Source: Balanoglossus misakiensis
Taxonomy: Eukaryota > Animalia > Hemichordata
NCBI GenBank assembly: GCA_040954595.2
Contig: CM082594.2
Location: forward strand, 10,482,296-10,546,295
DNA length: 64,000 nucleotides
Direction: 5' to 3'
Shown here: positions 1-53,861 of the stretch, one piece after another
Numbering within the stretch: the stretch's first letter is position 1
Layout: every line of letters begins with the position of its first letter
The notes under the pieces: generated by a model
Told to the model about the DNA's origin: nothing
The model's input: the letters and a program-made list of their open reading frames with translations, nothing else
Database searches by the model: none
Program-made: the position numbers and the translations under genes

Positions 1-301
1 ACTACTACAAATCTTGTTATTTTTAGAACTCTAGCAAAAAAGTAATATATAAATTTTGAATGGTTATCTCATAAAATAGAGGGAATTTCGTCACCTCATT
101 AGTCACGAAATTGTGCTGCCACAATCTTTAACCTATATTATTTTAAGTGGATAATTGTTCATGTTCGTAAATCATCATGAGATGACAGGGTTTCAGATTT
201 CGGTTATGTGTGTGTGTGTGGTTGGTACATCCATAGAAAAAATGGAAGGGTTAAACACAGATTCAAAGTTTATCTCTTTTCTTCTTTTATTTTATTTACA
301 G

Positions 302-2140
302 ATCGGTGCTAATGAAACAAGTGGATTAGAAAGCTGCCAGTCCCCAATAACTCCAAGCGAAAACTACTGCCGGATTTATGTGAACCCCGTAAGTGTGGAA
401 AACTTCTCCCGAGAGGGGCGTAACTCAGGAATCAACGTGACGCCTGCAATGCAACGGTATACATGTATATCGGACAGAAATGCCCGAAAACAGTCTCTGA
501 CGGACAGCTTGCCAAAAAAGAAAATTTACCCAACAGGAAAGTACGAACTGGAGGTGCGCGCTGTACGTCATATATTAGCGTCAGCGCCCATGCAGTACCG
601 ACACAGCACGTGCTCCGACCAAGAAAACAACAATTTGCAATCCGCTCATACGACAGCAGGTGACCGCAGCAGTGGAAAATTTTCAGACATTTCAAAATCC
701 CGGGACTCCATGGCAAGTTCTACCTTTTCCAATCCAGTTTTCGCCGAAGTCAGCAGTATACCGTGTGCAATAGGAGAAACTGCAATTGATAACTACGTCT
801 CGTCGAGAGAGAGTATGATGAAATGCGAGCAGAAGTCACAGCAGGTGCCGCGAGACCGCTCTAATAGTTGCGATCCGACAGTCGAACTGCATCACGAGAA
901 GTCAACAGGGAAAAATATGCGAATCCCTGTAACAGTGAAAACATACAACATCAATGCAGACGGGCATCCCTCATCAACCAGGAGCTTTCAGAGCATCACA
1001 GCGTCCATCTCATCGGACAGTGACTCATACGATGAGTATGTGAGTGGGGATCAAAGTAAAAGTTATCCCAGGACTAAAAAGCAGAGACGTCGAGAGAGAC
1101 ACGCCCAGCGGCGACGGGTGCGTAGGAACTCAGACAATACCCAACTTTCGTTGTCTTGTGCGAGTTCCAATAACCCAGACTCGGATGGAACCAGAGTGAC
1201 TCACCCACACAGACATTCACACCACAACTCTAGTCATTCTATATCCAGTCTCAGTTCCAAACCGACCAATTCTCTGCACTCGAGTTTCAAGTCGGTCGAC
1301 GTCTCCAGTCCTGCCCGGCTTTCACTATGCTCGACCTCGAGCAAAAGCCGAAACTCGATTAATTCTATCAACAGCACTGCCAACAGCAAAGAGGCTCTCT
1401 CGTCAGCAAGGAGGGTGAAACAGAACGAAGAGGCGACAGGAGGGATTGAGGAGAGACCGCCCCGACCGAACTCGCTGGAAATACGACCAGTTCACAACCT
1501 GCCAGACCCTGAAATGAGGCGAATGTCCATGATGGTTAAGAAGGAATCGCTGATGAAAGAACTACATCCCGCGGAGATTAAGAGAAGGTACATTTCGTGC
1601 GAGAAAGCTCCACCCGTCGCTGAAGGGGCCAACAAATCTGCTGCCAGTGCCAACAAGCATGTCACCAAACGCAAAGGCAAGTCTAAAGTGCGGCCAAAGT
1701 CGCTGGCTGATTTCAAATCCTTCAAGGAAGCAAAGGTCTTGGTGGCCAAGTTTATCGAGCAGTCGAACGGGAGCGTTTCACCCGCCGTGAAGAGTGTGCT
1801 GGAAAACATCCAGGCGGTCATCAAGTCAGACGAGAAGCACATGGCTGAGGCTATACACAGCGCCAATGTGCTGGGACAGTACACGACACAGCCTGCTTCA
1901 TCGCAGGTCAATGCGAAGCCGTCGGATGCAGCAGCGCACGGCGGAGGCAGCAGTGCCAAAGAAGCCATGTACAGGAGTACCACCAGCCTGGGCAGTAGAC
2001 ATTGGCACAGCTGTTCAGACATCACGGCGCTCTCCGATCACGGCAGCGAGGATATTATCGGCGAGAAACTCGCCAAGACGAACTGTGCCGAAGAGGAGCT
2101 GGCCAAGACACTGACTATCTGTAAAGAAACTGTTCTCTAA
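302..2140 (+). CDS. FAM189A: Last coding exon of an ENTREP/FAM189-family protein (endosomal transmembrane epsin interactor); upstream exons lie outside the window
   Basis: Polypyrimidine tract and AG acceptor at 300-301, then an open frame to TAA at 2138-2140. A long Ser/Arg-rich low-complexity region precedes RPKSLADFKSFKEAKVLVAKFIEQS...VLENIQAVIKSDEKHMAEAIHSAN, HSCSD and a C-terminal ETVL. These match my recollection of the conserved ENTREP1/FAM189A2 C-terminal block and its RETVL tail. Confidence 0.8.
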   Translation: MGANETSGLESCQSPITPSENYCRIYVNPVSVENFSREGRNSGINVTPAMQRYTCISDRNARKQSLTDSLPKKKIYPTGKYELEVRAVRHILASAPMQYRHSTCSDQENNNLQSAHTTAGDRSSGKFSDISKSRDSMASSTFSNPVFAEVSSIPCAIGETAIDNYVSSRESMMKCEQKSQQVPRDRSNSCDPTVELHHEKSTGKNMRIPVTVKTYNINADGHPSSTRSFQSITASISSDSDSYDEYVSGDQSKSYPRTKKQRRRERHAQRRRVRRNSDNTQLSLSCASSNNPDSDGTRVTHPHRHSHHNSSHSISSLSSKPTNSLHSSFKSVDVSSPARLSLCSTSSKSRNSINSINSTANSKEALSSARRVKQNEEATGGIEERPPRPNSLEIRPVHNLPDPEMRRMSMMVKKESLMKELHPAEIKRRYISCEKAPPVAEGANKSAASANKHVTKRKGKSKVRPKSLADFKSFKEAKVLVAKFIEQSNGSVSPAVKSVLENIQAVIKSDEKHMAEAIHSANVLGQYTTQPASSQVNAKPSDAAAHGGGSSAKEAMYRSTTSLGSRHWHSCSDITALSDHGSEDIIGEKLAKTNCAEEELAKTLTICKETVL

Positions 2141-4742
2141 GGAATGTAAAAATTGTGTGCTGTTTTTGTCTGAACATTGCAAACCATAGCAATGTTTTCT
2201 TGAAATTCAACTGGGTAGAGTATCATCACACAGAAAAAATATAGCAAAGTGGTAGATCGTCAGTGTCTTTTACATGTTACGTCTTACTATCTGTGCAATC
2301 TCATCTTAACTTGTAAACAATTCATAGTAGAAGTTCCTGGTAAATTTTTGACCAATCCTGAAAGTCCTGGAAAAGGGTAGAATTTACAAATCTCGAAAAT
2401 ACAGGGAAGTACCCTTGATTTGAGCAAAGTTGACTAAACAGTCACTCAGGCTATTTAATAAATTAAATGTCTTTGAGATTACTTTGCAAAATTGCAAAAG
2501 TACAATCTGAACGAACGACCATACAATCACTTCTACAGCTGAAAGTGCATTCATCTCAAAGGCTCAGAAAAATGGCACCTAAAGGTGACGATCTCCGACC
2601 AGCTGTGACAGCATCACTCCACATGATACAAGCACCACCACATGCGATCAAATTAAAATGACAAATATCCAGTTAAATTGAATTACTCCTGTCAATTATT
2701 GGATTAAATTTGACAGACATTCTTTTGGATATTGCCTTGGTTCATGAAGTAGAAGACAGCTACATACAGTAGTGTTTTTAATTAAGTGTTTCAATAACCC
2801 CGGCCCCTTCACCACCCCTACATTGCTGTATACGAAACAAATATTCCAATGATTTTCTATGGCCTGCTGGACCATACAATTGGCAAGCTAGGGGTGAGCA
2901 ATATGAAAATCAGCCTTAGATGTTCACGAATATCTGTTACCAACCAAATTTTATTAAAATTTTACTACATTGTAGATGGCACATCAGATAACAATTTTCC
3001 AGGAGTTCTGGTAGAACCACCTGTTGAAAGCAATATGCAAATATGTTGTCCTCTCAGAAATCTGCATATTATAGTCCAATTACAAATAGTTTTTTCACTG
3101 ACGAACATTTTCTACATTTTTCCATGACCTGTTTTCAAAATTTACTGAAATAAAAAGTTTTATGTGCGTGTTACCCTTTGAACCTGGTAATGCACAAGAC
3201 AGCTGTCGATTTTATTCCCAGCCAACAGTTTTGAAAGACTGTTGTATCATGTTCATTTTTCTGGAAATATTTTTGGTTTCTCAATTTTATTTTATTTTCA
3301 AGCTACACTTTTCGCAGTGATTTCTTGATGATTCATTTTGTTTGTTTGTTTCTTTATACCTACTTCCAAGAAGTTTGCGACTGAAAAAATCATTGCCAAC
3401 TTGTAAATAATTTCTTACAATGTTTCTGTGGAGATGGAAACTTCGTATTCTGAATTCAAGTGTAAAATATACATGTTGTACATGTAGCTAGATATACCAG
3501 ACTTGTGTAAAGAGTAACCATTTAATTGTATTTCCATCTTTGGTACATCAAGTAGTGAGGTTGCATGTTGTCGACTAGCCATTCTCAAACTTCTGAATAA
3601 TTTACTTTAATCAGAGACATTTCAGAAAAGAAATTTGGAATTTTTCCACGATACCATGTACTTATAACTTCTGCTTTTGTAAATATTCAATTCTGACAGC
3701 TTTCGTGTCAACTTTAATACTATTAAGTCACTTTGTCCAAAATGTATTTGCAAGAGAGCATGTTAGAGCGCCCTCTAAGTTATTGGGGGGGGGGGGGTTT
3801 GCCATGATGTCTGTCCATGGTGTAATTTTAACATACTCGGGTAGTTTTTTTACATATTTTATTTTCATTCAGTAATTTTACTTTCACATGAGCATGTGTA
3901 GATGTTTGAGTATATATATTTTTGTTTATTTTTTTGCATAGATTGAAATTTCATTGTTGGTGTAGTACCAAAACCCATGGGACTACTGCAACTTTGAAAA
4001 GAATCAGTAGAGTTTTTTACAAGTCACACTGACTTGAATTTTTTTAAAACAGAAATACGGGGGATTTTATGCCCTCTTTAAAATAATGAAATTTCACATT
4101 AAGAGACAAATTTCCGTGCCTCCAGAAATGATTTTTCCTACATGAGAAATTTAATGAGCTGATGTGTATTATATTATACAAGCTGCTTGTATGTATGCAA
4201 CTTTCGATTTGAGAGTTTGCAAGGCTGTTCCAGGTTCCGTCGCTGTCCCTCCGTGAGACTGTGATCCCATGCAAGATTGTTGTATTGGAGTATGTAACTA
4301 GCTGTAAGTTATTTGTCGCTGTTGGATTTTTCCCACAGGGGTGTGACAATTAGATGTAACAACTCAGTTTTTTAATCGCCGGAGACCATGTCAAGGTCCG
4401 GTCCATTTTAAGCATTAATTTATTATCGGCTAAGAAAGTATGTGCTATTTTAGAACTGTAATGAAAGATGGTGGAATTTCAAAGAATTACAATGTGTGGG
4501 TTTGATTTTTTTTATGTCAGGTGAGGAAAATGAAATGTATTGTTGTGTGAAAATGGTTTATTTGCAGATCAAAGCCCCTCCCCTACTCTTATCACATGGT
4601 TCATCCCTTCAGATAAATCAGCTCGGATTAAGCTCTAAGCTCCTCCTGGAGAGCGGTGAGATATTCAACGTCTCACCAGAGGAGGGCGCTATACCGCTGC
4701 CTCAACTGTACAAAAAGTGCGACCACGTGGCGACCACCTGGG

Positions 4743-6973
<2,231 letters not shown>

Positions 6974-7650
6974 GTTCCGGTGTCTTGCTTTTGAAACACT
7001 CCAAAATGCCCGACAGCGAACACTTCCAGACTTCGTTGAAAATGGAAAACGACTGTGAGGTAGGCTACCGAAATTTCACTCAGTTTGTTTCCCAAAACAG
7101 ATATTCTATGTTTCTTAAACTATATAAACCACGGAACCAACCTTTGTTCCCAAATGAATTATTCGCTGTATAAATGGTGTCAAAATTCTCTTATTTCAAT
7201 TTTCCTGTTCACAACGTACACGTGGGACATCATTAGCAAGGCCACATATTCAACAGGTGGTCGAATGGTCGCCAATGATTGGTGGACACTGTCCCAATTT
7301 GCAAAATAATCTCAACCAGGTGTACAGGTCAAATCTTTCAACTTCAAGATGAATTCCAGTATTGGGGACGATATCACCAACATAGTCCGGATGAATGCAC
7401 ATGATCATCGCAATTCTTGAAAATTGAACTTGATTTACCCGACTTCAAAGTGATAGTGTGTCAACAAAATCAGTCTCACGCAAGACTTTGATTTTAACAC
7501 TATTTATGTCAATATACTATACTCTACATACAGCAAATAGAAAACCTTGCGATGTTTTATCTACTATAATTTTTTTCTACATTCTTTATATTTCGGTTGG
7601 TAGCATATATGCAGCTGTTTCCGAATCGTTGCCAGGGCTACAGTTGTGAC

Positions 7651-8179
7651 TCAGTCGTCATTTGAAAGATCTTTGCTGGCTTCCAAGATGGCTTCCTTCA
7701 GTTGATCATGGCGGCCCCGCGGGGAGAAGCCCTTGTCTGACAACCCAAACACACGTTCCATCATTCTCTTCTTTTCGTTGTATTCTCTTTCTCCTTCTTC
7801 CTCCCTCTCCCTCTCCTCCTCCTCCTCCAACATTTCATCGATTTCAGCGCTGAAAAGTACAAAGCAGGAAATTAACAAACCATTTTATTTTAGTAAGCAA
7901 TATTTTGTTGTGCACTGGCGTCAAAATTTACGATGAAAATTAGTGCATTTGTGTATTGCAACTTAGTCGCATACACCAAGTTCCTACTTACAGTTCTTTG
8001 TGTAGAAACTCTATCAGGCTTGCTTTCAGAGCGGCAGTAGCAGGAGCGGTATCGGGATCCAACTCGCGATCGGTTATGATGGGACCCAACGGAAAAAGGA
8101 TTATTAACATGCACTCGGTCTCTCTGGCCACAAGAGCCACCAGCAGGACCACACTAAGAACCAACACAGTATTCTTCAT
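7651..8179 (-). CDS. Small secreted protein or peptide precursor, copy A (~128 aa), family not recognised
   Basis: Exons 8179-7992 and 7849-7651 (phase 2, GT-AG): MKNTVLVLSVVLLVALVARETEC-MLIILFPLGPIITDRELDPDTAPATAALKASLIEFLHKEL-AEIDEMLEEEEEREREEEGEREYNEKKRMMERVFGLSDKGFSPRGRHDQLKEAILEASKDLSNDD*. Signal peptide, acidic tract and a KKR site. A donor-like site near 8320 suggests a non-coding 5' exon. Confidence 0.8.
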
Positions 8180-9342
8180 ATTATCTTCCCGTGTTTCCCA
8201 AACTCAGACGAGCAAAATAGAGTTTCTGGAAAGAAGAAAGGCCGTGTCAACATTTGAGAGTTTTTGTAGTTTTTTCGTTTTGAGCATCAATACAGCAGCA
8301 AATTCAGAGATGCAAACTTACCCGAAAGATCGGTACGCCACCAGGATCACTTCGCTCTTTACTGGCGAATTGCTTTAAAAAAATGCTCGCTTGGCTAACT
8401 TGCAGACGCATCAATCGAATTCATTGTTGCTTTTGACAATTTTGCATTGTCTATTTTGTGTAATAGAGTTGTCGTCCATTTTATTGAGGTTGTGCCGTAG
8501 GGATGAGCAGGTTGATGGGCCAGGTTGTCTAAAAGGTTGTCCAGGGTTCTGTCTGAGATCGTACTTAGGTCATCATGACACCGTTTCTCCAGTTCTAAGG
8601 TCACGATGATGTGGAAATGGCCATGGAGCGGACTTGTGTTCTACACGTGACTTGATGCAGATTAATGAACGCATCATCTTGACCAACTATTTTACTGAAT
8701 TACACAATTTCCTTTCAGCGTGTGCTTTCTACGGCACGATTAGCCAATTAACATGCACGGCGTGTTACTTGAAAATTGTTTGGCAGTTGATAACTGCTGC
8801 AGTATTATAAGAGACAGGAGAAATTCTTATGCAAGAGGGTCAGACAGGTCAAACAGAGCCTGTCCTCGTCCTTGGATGAGTAAGCTTACACCCTGCAATC
8901 TAAGATGTCACAATCCGTGTATCTAGGGCTCACCTTTAAAAAAACGGGGTGCGTTTTCTCTAAACCAAACAAATAGAAAACTATTGTCGACCTCGTATGA
9001 ACTGTATCATTTATCAATATTATTTACTTTTAGTCGTGCATCCACGTATGTCTTCTATTCTCTGTCCCTGATATATGAGGTCCGTATGGTTGTGCCATGC
9101 AAAGAAAATAATAATCAGACGCAAGATTTTGATTTCAAGACAAAGCGTATTTATGTCAATATAGTGGACGCCATATACATAAAAGAATTTCGAGGAATTT
9201 TCCTTGAACCCACCACCAGCTGACAGTTGGCAAAATCAAAAGTTTCAAGACGTCCAAAAATTGTTTTACAGGTTTATGTTAATCTGGGTGAACTTACGAA
9301 ATAGTATGAATCTATTACTAGTATATCAGTAATGTTATAGGT

Positions 9343-10026
9343 TAAACATTTTATATTTAGATTGGTAGCAAGTACATGTATATGGTTCATGTGATCGTCC
9401 AAACACACGGTGCTTCTTTTCGTTGCATTCTCTTCCTTCCTCCTCCTATTCTTGAATTCCTCCTCATTTTCCTAACCATGAACCTCCTCCACAACATTCT
9501 TCTTTATTCCTGGGCCAAAAAAGACAAATCGGAAAATTAAAAGACTCGTATTTGTTGTCTTTAACATTTCTATAGCTAAACTAATAGACCAGTGAAGTTT
9601 GTAACGTCACCACATCTACATTTCGCGGCCAAAAAGTAAAAAAAAATCGTACATTTTTTCATTGTATTCTTTTCCTCTTCCGTCCTCCTTCTCCACGACC
9701 TTCTCGATATCTGCCCTGAAAAAGAAGCAGGAAAATATATTGGTTGACGTCGGCGATTCTCTAAAGAGAAGCTCTCCTTGGCATTTGGTCATGTTTTAGT
9801 GAGAAGAACAAGGGGTCAGCTGCGCATTTTGTTTCCCCTTTTAAAATCTACGGACATATTGTGCACTGCGTTCTGCAACTCGCATATACGTACACCAAGT
9901 TCCTACTTACAATTCTTCGCGCATAGACTCTCTTGCTTTCAGATCATGAGCAGGAGCAGAAACGCTCTCTCTGGCCACAAGAGCCACCAGCAGGACCACA
10001 CTAAGAACCAACACAGTATTCTTCAT
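9343..10026 (-). pseudogene. Copy B of the secreted-protein family; rearranged, probably a pseudogene or truncated variant
   Basis: Exon 10026-9911 encodes MKNTVLVLSVVLLVALVARESVSAPAHDLKARESMREE, with an in-frame deletion relative to copy A and an intact donor. Two separate exon-2-like fragments follow: from 9715 ADIEKVVEKEDGRGKEYNEK (truncated), and ~9510-9343 ...EEEGRECNEKKHRVFG..., with a stop or frameshift upstream. The conserved KEAILEASKDL tail is absent. Confidence 0.65.
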
Positions 10027-11152
10027 ATTTTCTTCCGGTGTTTCCCAAACTCAGGCGAGCAAAATGGAGTTTCTGGAAAGAAGTAAGGTCGTGTCGACAT
10101 TGAAAGTTTTGGTAGTGTGGCGAAAACAACACCCGCGTTTCTCAGTCTTCGCCCTCAGTCAGCGTCATAAGTCGAAGATGGCGATAACTGCTCTACTCAA
10201 GAAATCGGACGAACCTTCGTGCTCAAATGGAGACGTTGTTTTCGATATTTGGGACATAAAATCTAGGAGAACATAGGAGATCAACTTACCCGAAAAGAAG
10301 TATAAGACACCAGGATTACTTCAATCGTGGACCCTGGCGCTCCAGGGACTATGCTTCAATCTTCACTGGTCACGTGAATTGCTTTCAAAAAATGCTCGCT
10401 TGGCCAACCTGCAGACGCGTCAATTGAATTCATCGTTGCTTTTGACAACTTTGCACTGTCTATTTTGTGTCCAGGGTTCTGTCTGAGATCGTAGGGTTAA
10501 ACCAAGCTAGTAGTAGACCTGAGTCAATGCTGCGCTGTACTTACATGTTCTTGTATCGTTCCTAAATTCTTAGAAATAAATGTACTATAGTCGAACTCAT
10601 GCGGACTTTATCTTTATTCAATGATATTTTACCACAAATAGTTCAACGAGGCATCAAAGGTATGCAGTCACTTGTGATAAGCAAATGTATATGTCTGACT
10701 GTCTCATCATGTGATGCCGCAGTGTTTTCGTTTGGACATCCAAGTAAAATTCTGTCATTTGTTGATCGCTGTACACGTTATCTGATGCTTATCTGAGGTA
10801 ACTGCACACATTTAATGCTGAAAAAAACGTTTGTTGCATTCTTAGAAGTTATAACATACTGGGAGCTTTTCAGAGAATTTAGTACAAACCAAGTTTCTAT
10901 GCATCCAATGAATAACAAGTACGTAAAAGTTTGTAATCACCCACCACCTGCTGTCGGTTGGTACATGGTATAATCGAATTTTTTTTAGAAGTTTGTTTAA
11001 ATGTGTTTGAACGTAAAAAATATCGAGACCTATTACAAGTATATCATGCTCAAATTGACTAAAGTAATGTTACAATATTCATATTCAGATTGGTAGCATT
11101 TATATTTCGGATGCAGCTGTTTCCGATTCGTTGCCAGGGCTACAGTTGTAAC

Positions 11153-11665
11153 TCAGTCGTCATCTGAAAGATCTTTGCTGGCTTCCAAGATGGCTTCCTT
11201 TAACAAAAACTCCTTCAATTTGTCATTGCTGCCCTTGTTTGGCATCCTAAGGGCCCCCAACCCTCTTTCTCTTTCTTCCCTCCTCTCATCCTCCTCCAAC
11301 GCATCCTCGACTTTGGCGCTGAAAAAAGACAAATCAAGAAATTAAAAGACCAATATATTTTTGTTGTTAACATTACTATAGGTAAATAAATAGACGGGTG
11401 CTCTAACACTGTTTTCATGGCATTGTTTCGACATATTTAAAATTGTTACTGTGTACTGTAGATCACACTTTACACACCCAGTTCCTACTTACATCTCTTT
11501 ACGTAGATACTCTTTTACGGTCAGACCACGCACAGAATTATCGGGATCCGACTCACTATCAGAATTATTTTCGAGGCCCAGGAAAATAATAATCATGCAC
11601 TCGCTCTCTCTGGCCACAAGAGCCATGAGCAAGACCACACTGAGAAGCAACACCACACTCTTCAT
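11153..11665 (-). CDS. Small secreted protein or peptide precursor, copy C (~112 aa)
   Basis: Exons 11665-11493 and 11318-11153 (phase 2): MKSVVLLLSVVLLMALVARESEC-MIIIFLGLENNSDSESDPDNSVRGLTVKEYLRKEI-AKVEDALEEDERREERERGLGALRMPNKGSNDKLKEFLLKEAILEASKDLSDDD*. Same intron position and C-terminal block as copy A. Not in the ORF track because each exon is short. Confidence 0.8.
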
Positions 11666-13616
11666 ATTTTCTTCCCGTGTTTGAAGTTTCTAGAAACATT
11701 AAAAGTTTTCAAGTTGACATTTATTACTTGAATAGTGTTTTCGTTTTTGATTACCTATGTTAGATATAAAGTGACACAACTGAATGGTTTTTCTGTTATA
11801 CTTTTCTAGTATTTTTCGCCAACATGGCGAAGGAAACTTGTATTCCAAACACACAGCTTCGCTCCTTCGCCATCATCATTTAGCTACGCGCCAATAATCG
11901 AAGATGGCGTAAGCTGCTATACTCAAGAAATATATCGTCAGAACCTTCGTTATCAGAAGGGAGACTCTGTTTTCGATACTAGTACATGGAAAACAAATCT
12001 GGGAGAAGCTTTGAGATCAACTTACCAGAAAGATCGATAGCACTGTGATTTCTTCGATCTTCACTGGTGAATTGTTTTCACGAAATGCTCGCTTAGCTAA
12101 CCTGCAGACACGCCTTATTGTCGGTGTTTAGCACTGTCTCTTGTCTAATAAAATATTCGACCATTTTATTGCTGTTTTGCCCGGGGGTGGGCGGATTGAT
12201 GGGCCAAATTGTCTGAAAGGTTCCGGGGAAAGGTTGTCCAGGGTTCTGTCTGAGACCTTACTAAGGCCATCATTCGATATGGTCGTTGATCTACATCCTA
12301 GGGGGAATTGGTGCCAATGGGTCGGCGTTCGAATTCTAAAACTACAAGTCGTTTAAATTAATAAAATAATAACTTTCAATTTTATTGAATTACATGACTG
12401 CTTGCCCGCGTACGCTTTCTATTGCATGGTAAGCCAATTATACATGCACGGCGTGTTCCTTGAAAACAGTTTGGCAGTTGATAGCAACCTTCTCCTGCAA
12501 GAGGGTTAGACAGGTCGTGTAAAATATTTTACCAAAGAGCCGCCTATCTGACCTTCCATACTCCAAAAATCATAAAACACTCTGTCAGCATGCAATCTAA
12601 AAGATCTGTTGTTGTTTTGGTGCCCATTGAAGTGAAACAGGTATATTAGCATTCCCAACAGTTTCTGTAATTTGAGCTGAAGGATTTTTCTCGCTGGAAC
12701 AGTTACCTTCAACACTTGGTGGCGACCTTCCACGGACGATTCTGACACCGAGAACTCATTTCTAACAATGCACTATTTCCGTTTTCCCAATTTTCAATTT
12801 ACCAAAAAACTCTTTATCCTAATGAAGGAAGGGGCTGATAGTATCTGGTTTTCGCGGCAACTTCTTTACCATGTAAGAAACTTATAAGAAACGAATAAGA
12901 AATTTACAAGAATCTTATTGAAACTTATAAACTAAACAAGCTTTGAGTTCGTCCTTGTTCTGTCCCGATCCCAAACAAACGCATACCAAGCACGTCACTC
13001 TCATTCATCTACACATTCATTCATTCATTCACTCATTTTTTGAAGGGACTTTCTATTGTTACCACTTTTCCCAAGTTAAGACTTCCTGGTAACCTTGACT
13101 TCATACTACGTCACGACAAGCCGTAGATGTTTTCTTAGCGTGGTTATTAGAAATTTGGTGCTTTGCAGAGTGGTCGTGACGTAGTGTGGTGTGCTCAGCT
13201 GTCAATTTCAGCTTGTATCATCACTCATGTCCAAATATTATCCACTACAATACCACTATACTCATTACTGGCCTAGTTGTGGAGTATTAAAACGTGACTT
13301 TTAATAGATAGATAGACCTACATGTATGTGTACGTGTGACGGTAGCTACCCCACGCGTAGGTTAAAAGTCCCACGGTAAATGCTCTTTCAACGTATAGAT
13401 CAAAGGTTTTATAATTTGAATAATCCCCAGAGAGGAATGTGTTTGGGAATTGTCTATTTGTGAGTAAAAGACAGTACAATTACGTTGGAATGCAACACTT
13501 TCACAAGGATTCATTCACATGTAAACATAGCTATTCCTGTTCACGGGCATCACTGCTTTCGTTGGCTTAAGCATTCAGAGTTACGGGCCGTGTACACATT
13601 GTAGTTTTTTTCCAAG

Positions 13617-53861
<40,245 letters not shown>

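Larger units (their letters stand above)
7580..12600 (-). repeat. Triplicated ~1.2-1.5 kb segmental unit carrying the secreted-protein genes and their upstream DNA
   Basis: Shared non-coding blocks: aaatgctcgctt(g/a)gc(t/c)aac at ~8381, ~10390 and ~12084; ccagggttctgtctgaga at ~8541, ~10471 and ~12238; catgcacggcgtgtt..ttgaaaa..gtttggcagttgata at ~8752 and ~12443; 3' block gcagctgtttccga.tcgttgccagggctacagttgt at ~7611 and ~11113. Confidence 0.9.

Noticed and set aside
155-301. N-terminal 49 aa of the 661-aa ORF
   Set aside because: Begins at a non-ATG codon and runs through a (GT)n and polypyrimidine tract; it is intron upstream of the acceptor at 301.
4640-4690. Hairpin GGTGAGA...TCTCACC in the sulfotransferase 3' UTR
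   Set aside because: Short stem with no SECIS, histone stem-loop or other recognisable RNA motif.
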